From the NCBI RefSeq assembly GCF_009914755.1, contig NC_060931.1: 64,000 nucleotides of DNA; one strand, given 5' to 3'. The stretch is from the human T2T-CHM13v2.0 reference genome, Homo sapiens. The first letter of the stretch is position 1. Every line of letters starts with the position of its first letter. A model generated the notes under the pieces. The model was not told the origin of the DNA. It searched no databases and saw nothing but the letters and a program-made list of their open reading frames with translations. A program made the position numbers and the translations under genes. Shown here one piece after another: positions 16,872-33,789 of the stretch.

Positions 16872-18726
16872 AAGGTTAAGAATTAGTTGGATGTTAAATA
16901 TTGAGTCTCAACTGTATCATGTCACTGGTATACGGAGGTAAGTTGACTTGCCCAAAATCTGCTGAGAGTAACTGGTAGAGCTAGAATTTGCATCCACATG
17001 TCTTCTGGTTACCCCAGTTTGAGTGCTCTTTTGGCACTCTTACTATCCTTTACATAAAAATATTGTGTATTGGTAGGACAGTTTTAGTAAGCACAGAAAT
17101 TATATTAATGGCAGTGCTATATCAAGAAGTGGACAAATTCCTGTGTTTTGTTTTAGATTTTGTGATGATGATAGTGGCCCTTAAGTAGCGATAGCTATGT
17201 GATAGAAAAAAATTTAACAAATTTTGCTGCATCAATATTTTGCGCTTTGTGTTGTTTCAGAGTATATTTCCCCACCCCCTTTTTCTCTTCAACTGGGAAA
17301 ACAAACGCAAAATATGATTCTACATAAAAAATTTCATTAGTTTGATTTTTTCTTAGAAATTCTATTCTTCTTCTTAATATATGACAGCTTTTAAAAATGG
17401 CTTTATTTCTTTAAAAAGAAATAAAAATGGGTTTCAATTTGCAGTGCAGGCAAGGTATATCAAAATATGTGCTAGGATATATAGCAGGGAAGTCTAGCCT
17501 GAAATAGAGTAGAACTGTGATATTTATAAATATTTACAAATGAATCTTTTAGTCACTTTTCAAATCCCTGAATTTCTAAATAGTGCTTTGGCTGCAAAAA
17601 AACTAAAAATCTAGTACTTCCAAACATCATGTAGAGAATGTAAATGGTGTAATTCTAGAGGAAGACAGCAGAGAAGAGTGAGGAGTATGGTTCACTGGAA
17701 AGTGCATGACCTATCTTCAGGGGCCAGTTCGTAATCAACTTTAGTCCTGTGATGTCATAAGGGAATGCAAATTTAGTATTAAGTGTTCCTGATTTTCTTT
17801 TTTGAGAAGTTTGAAGTATTGTTTTTTTTCTTTAATGATGACAACTAATTTCAATTTTAAAAAACATCCAGGCCAAATTAAATATGTCTGTCATTGTATC
17901 TGGCCTGTGGGTCTTTAGCTTTTGACCTCTGATCTAAAGCATTTAATTCCTTCCTATAAAATTTAGTCGTGACAAGTAGAGTGCAGCAAAGCTGAATTAA
18001 AAGCAGATGCTGGACGGTCAGCCATGCTCAGCCCTTAACACTGCTCTTTGTAACTACATGATTCAAATTCAGGATTTAGAAAAATAATACATTCCTTTAA
18101 GCCGCGGGTCTCAAGATCTCTGATGGAAACTGCATGATATCCTTACAGCCAATATTTCCTGTATTTGAAAGCTGGGTTAACTCTCATTGATCTGGAAAGT
18201 TCTCTGTGGTCCTTTTTTTTCTCGTTCTAAAAAACCCAAAAAACCAAAACAAACTAACCGAAGGGATTAATCTCATGATAGGTAGAAGGCCTTAAATCGT
18301 AGGGTCTTACACTGAGAGCAGCTCCTGCCAGCTTCCTCAATACACGTGGCTGGTTTGATTAAGATAAAACCATGATATTGAAAGAATTTTGTTATCTTCT
18401 TTCATTAACACTTTTTAAATCCAAATACTCTTATTTATTTACAATTTTATATTTTGCAAAGATGAAACCAATGTCTCAGGAATGAATGATTAAAAAACTA
18501 AAAAAGTAATTACTATAATACAATTTAGCATTATGAGAAAGAAACCACTTTTCTGGAGTATTCTACATTGCGTGTACATATATTTCAGTCTAGGGTTGTT
18601 ACGCTTATTAGTAACAGTTTGATGCAAAAACTCATTAAGAATACTAAAAACTGCTCTTATGTTAAATTCAACAGTCTTTATTGGATTTATCACTTTAAAA
18701 TAGCTGTTCTCAAATTTTATCATCTG

Positions 18727-19571
<845 letters not shown>

Positions 19572-19594
19572 TGACCTGCTTGTTACTAATACTG

Positions 19595-19714
19595 AGATCT
19601 TGGCACCTCTTGCAGAGATTCTGACTCAATAGGTTTGGATGAGGCTTGGGAATCTGCTAGTTTAACAAGGTCCTGGAGTAATTCAATGCCAGGTAGTATT
19701 TTCAGAACCACACT
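19595..19714. mobile_element. MER5A-like hAT MITE fragment
   Basis: cagagattctgactcaataggtttggatgaggcttgggaatctgc...agaaccac. Confidence 0.65.
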
Positions 19715-20636
19715 CAGGACCATTACTCTGAAGTACTCCCAGGGATTATTCAAGAAATTTATTGTCAAATATGAAGAAAATATTAGAATTTCTGTTTCTG
19801 TATTTCTTTGGTCTAAAAAATTATAAAGAAATTATGCTTGACTATGATTGATATCCTGTATATTAGGTGCTCATGTGATTTTTTGGGCATGTTATCCTTC
19901 AAATAGAAGGGACCGTCTAATGTAAAGAGGAGTGGACATTCTCTTCTTTCATTCCTTTCGGAGCCACCTAGCTTACATGTGTCTATCCTAAGTGAATCTA
20001 TGGATTATACTATAGAATATGTTTATTATGGAATCTTCCCAGTGTTTAGTCATAAGATGGGGGGTTGACCATGAAAATCTCTTATGCCTTACGTACAGTT
20101 CAGTGGTTACTTTGAGACAAAACATTTGGAATTGTCAAATTTAAAGACAAATAGTTCACATTGCTTTTACAAAATACAAGTTTCCAAGTAGGCTGACCTT
20201 TCTGTGATATGTAACTGTGAATAGAATGCTACCTAGTAGAAAATTAACATAGGCACGTACACACACATACTTGCTCACTTCCTTTGTACCCACACAATAA
20301 CAGCAGTTTTCACAGTAAGTGAGAGTTTCTTTTTTTTTTCTTTTTTTGTTAAGGAGTGTTTAAAAATAAATGATGGGAAATGTTTCCATTGTTATATGAT
20401 TTTGCAGAAAATGATGTGTTACATAAGAAATTGCTTATTTTGGTACACTTCAAAAATTTTGAACCAGAACTTAAAAATATTTTTTCATATCTTCCAAGTT
20501 AAGAATTTTTATGTGTTTGAACACATTTATGATTAGTTTGCAACAATGATTGGACATTAGAGAAAATGGAAATTTATTGGCTGAATTTCACCAAAAATCA
20601 TCATATTTGGGTGAGGGATTAAAATACGAGCATCAT

Positions 20637-20933
20637 GGTTGGGCAGGTGGCTCACACCTGTAATCTCAACACTTTGGGGGGCTGAAGTGGGAGGATCCTA
20701 CGAGCCCAGGAGTTTGAGACCAGCCTAGGCAATATAGGGAGACCCTGTCTCTATGAAAAATTTTAAAAATTAGCCCTGCATCAGGGCACACACTTGTGGT
20801 CTGAGCTACTTGGGAGGCTGAGGTAGCAGGATGGCTTGAGCCCGGAGGTCGAGGCTGTAGTGAGCTGTGATTGTGCCACTGCATTCCAGTCTGGGCGAGA
20901 CCCTGTCTCAAAAAAAAAAAAAAAAAAAAAAAA
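20637..20933 (+). mobile_element. AluJ
   Basis: gagcccaggagtttgagaccagcctaggcaat; A tail. Confidence 0.88.
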
Positions 20934-21091
20934 AGTGCATCGTGATTTACTAAGCACAGCCAAATGATGCAGTTCTTGCATTTGGGATTTATATATATTT
21001 ATGAGAAATCTTTTTCACCTATCATTAAAAAATCATAGCAAAAGAAACTGAACTTAGAAGCAGACCTTCAAATCCTGTCACAAGTTGTTAA

Positions 21092-21562
<471 letters not shown>

Positions 21563-21570
21563 TAATATAA

Positions 21571-21891
<321 letters not shown>

Positions 21892-22005
21892 TATGATTTT
21901 AAAATGAAAAATTTACAACTACTTGCAGTTCATACTTGGACATTTTTTACTGATGGAGTGTATTATCTAAAAACTTGGGAGACCAAAATTCTAGAATATC
22001 AAGAA

Positions 22006-22301
22006 TTTTTTTTTTTTTGAGACAGGGTCTCACTCTGTTGCCCAGGCCTGAGTAGAGTGGTGCAATCACAGCTCACTGCAGCCTCAACGTCCCAAGCTCA
22101 AGTGATCTTCTTGCCTCAGCCACCTGAGTAGCTGGAACTACTATAGGCATCCACCACAACACCAGGCTGATTTTTAATTTTTTTGTAGAGACAGTTTCAC
22201 CATGTTGCCCAGGCTGGTTTTGAACTCTCAAGTTCAAGCCATCCTCCCGCCTTGGTCTCTCAAAGTGCTGAGACTACAGGCGTGAACCACTGTGCCTGGC
22301 T
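22006..22301 (-). mobile_element. AluJ
   Basis: cacagctcactgcagcctc; TSD-like tcaagaattttt/tcaaggactttt. Confidence 0.88.
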
Positions 22302-23664
22302 CAAGGACTTTTTGGAGTATCTTCCATGTTTGTCATTGTGTGGGAAATAATGTAATTCTGATTGCTCATTGGTGACAGGGCTATAGAGCAGGAACATAGT
22401 GTTTCAGGCCTTTCTTGGATGAGAGAATGGGGTCCTGGCTTAGATCAATCTTTTGGCAGATCACTTGCAGTTGATATTGTTAGAGTCTACTCTAAAATAA
22501 CATAATTATACATAGATGGTGCCTTATGAGAATTCTATTTAGTGTATACTGCAAAGGATAGCACATTTCTTAATACATTATCTTTTTCTTCTATATTCTA
22601 GAATTGACATTTAGCTCTCTATCTTGAAAATAAACCATCCTGACAAAATTACTTTTTAAAAAATTCTACTTTTTCATTTTTTTTTTTTTTTGGCCTGATG
22701 CTGTGAGAAACATTAGCAAGCAGAAACTAAACTTCATCCAGCAGAGATTCCCGGTCATTTTAGCTTTCAGGAAGGGAACCCACTATTTTTCTCATTCTGG
22801 CTCTCTGGGAAAGCAGAGAGGGAACATTTTAGTACAAGCACTTCTCACCTGTATAGTGTATGGTGAGTGCATCATTAAACAGGGGCACGTGCTTGTAGGC
22901 AAAAGTGCATTTCAGTAAGTGGATTGAAACCTTGCTGAATTGTGCTGAAGCAATTTAAACCTCCCATTCCATTTTACTATTGGAGAATTTCATGATAAGC
23001 AACTTGTATAAAGAAGAATACTATAGAAAAACATGCTCTGTGGTAAGCACTTGAGGTGGCTATATAGTCTCAAAATGCAAACCTTCTTTTAATTTATCAG
23101 GAATTTTCCCTTGATATTATAGATGTTGTAAGATTGGACACCACAAATGCTAAGCCAACATAGATGAAATATATGTTATTTTCATAGTAGAAGGTGTAAT
23201 ATAAATAAAAGGAAAGGCCTTTAGAAAACACTTTCCATTCACACTTTAGTCCTTTGGTGATTTTCTATAATATATTTAAATGAGTGCTATAGTTCACCCA
23301 ATACATATCTGACAATGTAGTTGCTCACATTTTTATCATTTTATCAACTGGATGTGTTAAATTCTTATTAATTATTTACAAATGCCCTCCCTCCACCCTG
23401 GCCTTTTAAGACTCTCTAAGAATGGCATATAATCCCAGGAACATTTTTATTACATTTGTTTGTGGAGGGGCCTAGTGGGTGAAGGTACAAATTTGGGACA
23501 TTTCTTCAAAGAAGAAAGGGACGGAGACAGTAAGAGGGGGATCAGAGTTTGAGGAGAAAAAAGGAAAAAGATTCATGTAACAGGATAAGGGAAGAGAACC
23601 TGAGGGATTTCAAAAAAGGAGAAAGGAGATGAGGGATAGAGGAGAAAGGGTTTTTTAAAAGATT

Positions 23665-24111
23665 CCCTCCCTCAGGTCCTCGCTTCCAAGACGACAAAGA
23701 AAAGAAAGAACAATGGTGGTGCCCAAAAGTGCCATGACCATATGTAGCTTATTTGCTGCACAAATTGTGCCTAATGCATGCCCAATGCTATTAAAAAGTT
23801 CGTCATTCGAAACACAGTAGAGGCCACAGCTGTCAGGGACATTTCTAAAGTGAGTATCTTCAACAGCGAAGTGCTTCCCAAGCTGTATGGGAAGTTACGT
23901 TGCCCTGTGAGTTGTGCCATTCACAGCAAGGTAGTCAGGAATCGATCTTGTGAAGCCTGCAAGGACCGAACACCTTCACCCAGTTTAGACCTGCGGGTGC
24001 TGCCCCATGACCCCCGCCAAAGCCCATGTAAGGAGTTCAGTCCTTAAGGACTGATGAAAAATTATCCTCTGGAGAAAAAGAAAATGGAAATTGTACCTAA
24101 AAGAAAAAAAA
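23665..24111 (+). pseudogene. RPS26: Processed pseudogene of 40S ribosomal protein S26 (eS26); possibly RPS26P30
   Basis: [20 protein letters not shown]...LPKLY...[14 protein letters not shown]...KDRTP matches RPS26. ATG mutated to ACG (23691), in-frame stops and indels, terminal ...AAG CCC ATG TAA (24029-24031), 3'UTR, A tail, 8-bp TSD aaaagatt (23657-23664 / 24108-24115) at a TTTT/AAAA L1-EN-type site. Confidence 0.95.
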
Positions 24112-24548
24112 GATTGGTTACGTTGTCCGTTATGTAACTCCTCTTTTAGCCTGCCAACAAAGCCTCATGTAGAATTCAGTTGTTCAATGCTTTTGGAGTG
24201 TTTCTATTTGTTTTTGGTTCTGAATGTATGTGTGAAGCTGGCTTTAAAGTATCAAGGGGTTTGAAAGAGCAGAAATCTTTTAAAGTTTTGGTTAAAATAA
24301 GCAGTGGAGTACTAAGAGGCAGAATGTGGTTGGGTTGGGTGAGTTGCTTTGGTAGAAAGGAATATCTTACCGTGGATATCATTTAGAGCTTTCCATGCAT
24401 GCTGTTAATAAAGAACAGACTGATTTTTACGCACTTCTGTTGTTTTAATATTTGCGACTCATGTGTCTCGGGTGCCCAGGCTGAGTGCTTCCACTATCCC
24501 ACCTTGATCTGTCATTGGAAGTCAGCAAACAGCTTTAATTTAAAATAA

Positions 24549-24880
24549 GCCAGGCACGGTGGCTCATGCCTATAATCCCAGCACTTTGGGAGGTTGAGGT
24601 GGGAGAATCACCTGAATCCGCGAGTTCAATAGCAGCCTAGGCAACATAGTGAGACTCAGTCTCTACAAAAATAAAAAGAAAAAATACATCTGGGTGCAGT
24701 GGTGTGCACCTGTAGTCCCAGCTACATGGGAGGCTGAGGCAGGAAGATGCTTGAGCCCAGGAGATCGAGGCTACAGTGAGCCATGATCATGCCACTGTAC
24801 TCCAGCCTGGGCGGCAGAGTGAGACTCCATCTCAAAAACTAAACTGAAAATAAAAATAAATAAATAATAAAAATAAAATA
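24549..24880 (+). mobile_element. AluJ
   Basis: gcttgagcccaggagatcgaggctacagtgagccatgatc. Confidence 0.88.
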
Positions 24881-25013
24881 AGGCATATGTTGTGGCAACT
24901 TCCATCAGAAGCTTGTCACTCTCTTTTTCCAGCTGTTTTCTACCAACTTAGAAGATACTGCAGGTATGTAAGTGACCAACGTGCTTTAAAATTCCTGGTG
25001 ACTTTGGTCTTAA

Positions 25014-25377
<364 letters not shown>

Positions 25378-25771
25378 TTCTGTTCTCCTTTTGGTAGCTG
25401 AAATTCCTCTGTACTATTTCTGATCCTGTGTAAATAGGTTGGAATAGGATTCTGCCTTTCAGTTTTCATCCTTTCTTTCTCATCGTCCTCCTCTTTTTTC
25501 TTTCTCTCATTTTATGTCTACCTGTCCTTTCTTTTGGCTCTTATTTCTATATCTATAACAGTGAATTGTTAGAGAACAGGGTGAATACAATGGGACATAG
25601 AACACCTGGTGGTAAATATCCTGCTCCCTTTCTTCTTCAAAGCTAGTCAAACTCTAGTTTAATGAGTTTCTATCAGTTTTGTTTTCTAACGTCAATCAAA
25701 AGGGAGAGTTAGAGAAAAGGGAGAACACGTGGGAAAATGCATAAGCAAAGATAATACTATGAAAATAACAA

Positions 25772-26098
<327 letters not shown>

Positions 26099-26611
26099 TT
26101 AAAAGTTGTCAGTCATTTGTTTCTAGTCGGCTATCTTCTCTTTGACTGTGCCTATGCTTGTGGAATACTTTCAATGGGATTAGAAACCTTAGTTGTTTGC
26201 TTGTTTTGATGGAACTTAGACTTTCTCCCTGCAGTAGGTAGCTGTGTTGAATTGCTAAAGCTGGAGTTCTGTTAATACTTGTGTTGCTACAGCTACAATA
26301 TTTTAAGGAGGGGGAAAGAGCTAGTGACAGCCCGAACACAAAATCCTTACACAGACTCTTAGGTCATTTGTGCCTTGCTTCCTTCTCCATACCTTTTTGG
26401 TCACAGCTGGAGAGTCCTTGGTCATTGGTTGTACACCTTTGCTCTTCTGATAAAATTTCAGAGTTAGTATATGGGCAGTTTCAGGGGGGGTGTGGATGGT
26501 GGCCTGAACATTGTGCCTGGGCTGCCAAGACATGGCACACCCTCTTTCCCTCTTCCTGCCAAACTTTGGCTGTGCTGTTTTTGACCACATGTAAACAACT
26601 GAACCATAGCT

Positions 26612-26946
26612 AGAAGGGAGATCATCAAACTCTTTCTGTAAAGGACCAGATAGTAAATATATCAGGTTTTGCAGGCAAGATACTCCTTTTGCAACTATCC
26701 ATCTTTGCTGCTGAAGTGCAAAAGCAGCCATAGATATAAACCAATGGGTGTGGCTATGTTCAAATAACATTTATGTATGAACACTGAAATCTGAATTTCA
26801 TATACATTTTAAATATCACAAAATATTATTCTTCTTTTGATTTTTTCCTCAACTGTTTACAAATACAGAAACCGTTTATAGCTTGGAGGCTGTACAAAAA
26901 CAAGGCGGTAGACTGGATTTGGTCTGAGTGCTGTGGTTTGCCAATC
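26612..26946. mobile_element. MER58B-like hAT MITE
   Basis: aaactctttctgtaaaggaccagatagtaaatat...ggatttggtctgagtgctgtggtttgcc, ~335 bp. Confidence 0.8.
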
Positions 26947-27710
26947 AGGAATGAGAACATTGTCCTTTGTTATGTTACCACGCACCACAAGTTTAGTGGC
27001 TTAACATGACAGCCGTTTACTTGTTTAGCTTGCCATTTGTTGGCTGGCAATTTGGGTGGGCTCAACTGGGTGGTTTTTGACTAGGTTCAGTCATACAACT
27101 GTGGTCAACTATTGGTCAGCTAGTTGGCTCTGTTTCTGGGAGGTGGTTGGCTAGGGCAACAAAGTTGACGGCCATGTGTCTCTCATCATTCAGCAGGCTA
27201 ACCTGTGCTCGTTCACATGCTGGTTCTAGGATTAGCCAAAACAGGCAAGCTCCCATATGCGAGCACTTTTTGAGGTTCTGCTGGTGTCACTTTGCAATTG
27301 TCTCATTGTTTCAAGCAAGTCATCTGGTCTCGTCCAGAGTGTGGGGAAGAACTAAGCGTGTGGATACAGGCAGGCATGAATGATTAGGGTCTATTACTGC
27401 TACGTCTTATCACAGAAGGCCTCTAGTGTTGATGATTTATATCCTTTCTGCATTCATAATATGTTTCCTCCCAAGACCCCCTAAATCTCATCCAATCACA
27501 GCATCATACTCAATGTCCAGGATCTCTTGTTTGATAATTATGTTTAGGAGTGACTTTTTGGATGCAGATCCTCTTGTTCCAGCTGCATTAAAAAGATAAA
27601 TTATGCAGTGAGAAGACAAACACATGATAACTGCAGTAGACACTGCTATTGGAAGGAGGGAAAATTGGAAACACGTAGCAATCACTGGTTCATAGAAATT
27701 CCGAAACCCG

Positions 27711-28140
<430 letters not shown>

Positions 28141-28455
28141 CTACTGCTCTCTGGAAGTAGTACTGTAGTCCATTGTGCATCACAGTTCTTGCCTGTGTCC
28201 TCTGAAACGTCATTCCTTTTTAATAAGAAATGGCCTCTGTATGCAGCTGAATACCTTCCTCAACCTTCATTCCTGTATAATGTTGGGAGCCCAGAAGCCT
28301 CTTTTTGTTTCAAGGTGATGTGAATATTTCAGTCCAAGATAGTGGTGCTTTTGTTGGCACAATTGACTTCAGGGTTTTTAGAACTTCCTACAAGGCAGAT
28401 TCAGGTTCACTCCATACCCCAGAAGCCACATCCATAATTTTTATTGAGAGAGACT

Positions 28456-28761
<306 letters not shown>

Positions 28762-30514
28762 GAGAGAGACTTTTTACTTTGGTGTGTCAGCCTGCTGGGG
28801 AAAACAATCTTTAAAAATCTTAAAAGCCATTTTTGTCTGAGTGTCTACTATGTGTAATCTTAAATTTTTCAGAGTTTTTAACAAAGGGACTTACAGTCAC
28901 ACTTTGATTTGATCTTTACCCTGAGGCCATTTCTTACCTTGACAATTTTTTACTGACAGGGAAGATTGGAGATAAGGAAAAATTTATTTTCTTCGCAGCA
29001 TGTTCCAGCCCCTCTATATATCTCCTAAGTTCTGCTTATAAACAGAATTTTTTAAAGCTCATCTCTCCTTTCTAGTACTTTATCATAGGCAGCTAAAAGA
29101 AGCCAATTAACAAGTTTAACTTTCTGTGAGGCTGTCTCCATTAATCAAATCCAGAAGTTCATTAGTTGCTGCAGGTAACATTTTATCAATTGTTCCACAA
29201 CTACTAATTTCAAATAACTATTTTTCTAGACTGCCATAGTCATTTCTTTGCTACTTTTGCAGCCTCTGTTAACAGTGTGCTTACCATTTTTCAAGGCTTC
29301 ATAGTCACTTTGCTGCTTTTCCAGCTTCTACCAGCCACATCACATCATTCCAAAGCCAAGATGCCACGTTTTTGGTTTCTGTTGCAGAAACGCCCCACTT
29401 CTAGGTACCAATGTCTTTCTCAATTATCTATTGTTGCAAACAAGGCATTCCCCAAATTTAGTGGCTTAAAACAATCATTTGTGTATGTGGGTTGGAAAAT
29501 TTGGGCTGGGCTAATTGAGGAACATTTGCTGGTCTTGGGTGGGCTCGCTCTAGAATCTGTAGTCTTTAACACTTAGTTAAGAGGCTTGGCCTCAGGTGTT
29601 GACTGGCTGTTGAGAAGGATAACACGGATACCAGGCGGTATGTCTTCTGTTATCAAGCCAGCTAGTCAGGGCTTGCTCCCACAGTAGGAGTCGCCCGGAT
29701 TCCAAGATCAGTCAGAGAAGAGAAGCTCCAAAGCACAAATACTTCTCAATTCTCTACTTGTGTTACATTTACTATTGTCACATTGGCCAAAGCAAGTTAC
29801 ATGGCTAAGTCTAGACCAGCGTGAGTGTGGGAGGGAATTACCCCCAGGCTTACATTGAAGGAAGTGATGGGTTCAGAGAAGTGTGAACAAAGTTGGCACC
29901 ATTATTGCGACGATCTACTGGGCTTACGTTAAATAGAGTAGACTATAATCTGACACACAGAAAGCCTATCAAACTTCCAGAGGAATTGCATCAGTAAAAG
30001 GGCTGCCAGCTTGCAGAAAAAACAAACAAACAAAAAACAAAAAAAAACATGAAGTTTGCTCAAATGGCAAATTTAGAGTGATTGATTATGCAGCTAGCTG
30101 ACGCAAACATCACAAATTCAAGTAATGACTTAAAATTTGGTAAAGAGAATTTACCAAATATCAGTACTACATACATTCGTGCGTGTGATTTTTGGAGGCT
30201 GAGCTATCAAAAATGCAAGAGGATAGAAAGAAAAATACTTCTGAGATTAGGCAAACACAGTGAAAAATAACAACAATGGATACTATCTAACATTTATGGG
30301 ATATCAATCGTGACACACACTATGCTAGTAGCTATTATCTCTTTTAAAAATAGAAAAAATAGTATTAACTAAGATAAGTAAATACAATTTTTTGCTTTTT
30401 ACATCTAGGAAACATGACCTGCTTAGTATAACGTGAAAGCTTTTTACATTGTAGTGCTGCTAAGGATTAGTGAAAGCATTGCTGGCTTGAAGTTGGAGTT
30501 TAATAGAAAAATGT

Positions 30515-30806
30515 AGGCAGCTAGTCATACCTGTAATCCCAGCACTTTGGGAGGTTGAGGCAAGAGAATCACTTGAGGCCAGGAGTTGAAGACCAGCCTG
30601 GGCACCATAATGAGACCCCATGTCTAGAAAAATAATAATAAAAAGTTATCTGGGCATGGTGGCATACAACTGTAGTCCTAGATACTCAGGAGGCTGAGGC
30701 AGGAGAATGGCTTGAGCCCAGGAGTTCAAGGCTACAGTGAGCTATGATCATGCCACTGCACTCCAGCCTTGGTGACAGAGTGAAGCCCTATCTCTGAACA
30801 AAAAAG
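30515..30806 (+). mobile_element. AluJ
   Basis: ggagttcaaggctacagtgagctatgatc. Confidence 0.87.
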
Positions 30807-31276
30807 TATACGTATTTTGGGGTTATTAGTAATTTGCCCACTTTCCCAGTTGAATAAACACTACGGTTTAGGGCAGCTTCCATCTTTATAATGAAGCCAG
30901 CTCAAGTTGAAGTTTCTTCCTTTACTAAGTAAAACATTTTAGTATAATAATTGGCTCTTGGGAAGAGAGAGTATAGTATGATTGCTTTTGTATATTTCTC
31001 ATCCATTCTTTATTGATTCCAAAGTAAAAGAAAAAAAGTGAAATTTTTCTAGAACAAAATATTTACTTCTCATAATTAAGGCAATTTATAAGGATTCACA
31101 GGAAAGTTAGCAAAGAAATGACAGTAGTTAGACTTGAGGAAAAGAGTGGTTACAGGTGATTTTCTTTGGATTCTTAGGTTAAAGTGAAGAGTAAAAATGA
31201 AAGAATGAACCAAACCTAGGGGTATGTCAATATTTTCTCCAAATGGATAGAAAGTAATCATGTTAAAGCTCTCTGG

Positions 31277-31278
<2 letters not shown>

Positions 31279-31312
<34 letters not shown>
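31279..31312 (+). repeat. (CA)n microsatellite
   Basis: ~17 units. Confidence 0.95.
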
Positions 31313-31314
<2 letters not shown>

Positions 31315-31784
31315 AACACAGAATTAAGAATGACAAATGGGTGGATGGAGGTGAAAAAAGATTCTGTAAAGACATAAAATGTTAACCAAACTTTATTTTT
31401 ATATTGAAATTCACTATTTTGGAAAAGATATCTTCCTCCATGAAAGAAACAGGATTTGAGAAAACATGTTTGAAAAGTGCCTCAGATGTTCAAGTTTGTG
31501 ATCATCAAGTATAATTCATAATTGGCAAAAGTAAATTAGGAGCTTTGGCGGTTAAGATGGTATCTTAATTTACACTCCAGGCTGAACAAATGGAAAGTTC
31601 TTGAACCCTTACAGAAAAAGTAAATATATTAAAAATATTTAGCGTTGACAATATATTTTAATGTAGCCGGAAGATTAATAAATTCACTAAATTATAGAAT
31701 GCTTAATTTTTTAACCTTGATTTTTCTCCTTTTCTTTAAGAATATTTTTCCCTGTTACATGACTTGCAGAAATTTGTCTTATTT

Positions 31785-32645
31785 TTTTACTTTTTATTTT
31801 GAAAAATTTCAAATCTACAAAAAAGTAATAGAAGACTTTATAGTGTAGGGTAATGAACACCTGTGTACACTTCATCACGTTCCCCAATTGTTAAGATTTT
31901 CTCACATTTGCTTTATCTCTCCATGAATATGTACACATCATCCATCTAACTAATTTATGAATTATTTGAGAATAAATTGCCCCTAAATACATATAACATA
32001 TGTGTCCTTATAGTCTTGCCTGGAGCAATAGTCTTATGATCAAATTGAGGAAATTTAACATTATTAGTACAACACAAATTACACAATATATAGTTCATAT
32101 TTTTTTCAATTGTCCCAATAATGCCCTTTAGAGAAAAACAAACGAAAAACCTTTTTTTTTTTTTTTTTTTTTTTTTTTTCCCAATTCAGGAGTTACTTCA
32201 GTATTCCATATGGTGCTTAGCCTCTTTAGTCTTAAATCTGGATCAGCTCATCAATCCTTTTGTTGTTCATGACATTTTGAAAAGAACAAGCCAATTATTT
32301 TGTGTTTGATCATTTGTGTTTGGTGGTTTCTTCATGATTAGAATCAGGGTGTGCATTTTTGTTAGAGTACTATATATGTAGTAGTGTGTTCTTTTCCGAG
32401 TATCCTATCAAGTGCCATGCGATGCCAGTTTATCCTATTACTGGTGATGCTAACTTTATCGTTTCCTTAAGGAAGTGTTTACTATTGTCTCTACTTTAAA
32501 GATATTATTCCTTTTGGTAGTTAATATGTAAACCAAGAGGAGGTACTTGGATCGTGTTCCCAACTTTTACCCAGAGATTATGGCATTTATTGATGATTTT
32601 AGCCTAAATCAGTGATCACTGTGTTAGCTGCCAAATGTTGATTCT
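31785..32645 (-). mobile_element. Old L1M (MC/ME-like) 3' fragment
   Basis: ttttattttgaaaaatttcaaatctacaaaaaagt...ccccaattgttaagattttctcacatttgctttatc. Confidence 0.65.
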
Positions 32646-33789
32646 TAAAAATTTGATCAAGCAGAAATTCTTACCAGTGATTATTTTTAAAAGCATATAA
32701 GAGGTTATTTTAGGGAAGTAATACATCTGTAGACAACCAGAAAGGCAAAATATTATTACAGGTAATTAATCTGGAAAAGCAAAAGAAAAGAATAACCGCA
32801 TTGAAGAACAGAGCTATTGCAAAGAATACTCTGAATTTTTCATCAAGCAGCAAGATGGTAATAAGTTAGGTCTATGAAGTGAAATGTGTGCATCAACCAT
32901 TTTCCCCTGCATAATCTCCAGCTGCTTTGCATTTATACACAATCATGCACCGTAATAATCAGGAAAATGTTTGGACTGTACAAAAAAACCCCAGCTTGGT
33001 AGCAAGTGTAATAGAAGAGAAAAATGAAAACAAGGAAACTGGATAAGACCTTTAAGATTAGAAAATGTTTATGTAAAATTTCTAAAGCAATTGATAAATT
33101 ATACTACTTATATTACTAGTTTTCCCTCTCCATTTCTGGCTAATTTTATTAATATACTATAGCTTCAGATTATTCTCAGTTGCATCTAGTGAATTTAAAA
33201 AAGAACAACCTGCAATAAAGCATTTATCATGTCTTGCTGAATAAAATGTGTATTTTGTGCAACTTGAGATTGAAAGCTTTCTAAACCTCTCAGAGTTTTA
33301 AATCAGACAACCCCCCCACTTCTTGCAGGCACAGTTGCTTATTTGTCACTTTGAGTTTGATTTATCTCAAGTAGGAGCTAAAACTGTATTAAAATCTTCT
33401 GTTAAGCATGTAAAACTCTACATATATACAGCCAGTCAGTTAAACATCTCTAATGAAAGACAGCTGAATTCTTATTGGAAACAAAAATAGGATAGAAAGA
33501 GATTTGTTTCTGTGAAGGATGCTGTGAAAAGTATGAGAACCAGGTGTCTTCTCTTTACAAAATGGTGCTGATGTATAAGGCAATGAAAATATTTTGATGA
33601 TTTTTTTAAAAGAACACATAAAGTAACCAGTGAATCTGTGTATTCAGCTATTTATCAATTTAGTGATGGTCTGAAAAGTCAGTGAATTAACTAGTGCCCT
33701 CTGCTTTATTCATTATGTCATTATGTCATATTTTTTCCTTTTTGTTTGCATTTAAATGAGAACAACTCAGAATATAAAGTTGTATAATA

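Noticed and set aside
23510-23650. Purine-rich tract upstream of the RPS26 pseudogene
   Set aside because: Imperfect low-complexity GA sequence with no mirror symmetry or recognisable element.
23778-24047. 89-aa RPS26-like ORF
   Set aside because: Original ATG lost, upstream stops, and frameshifted C-terminus.
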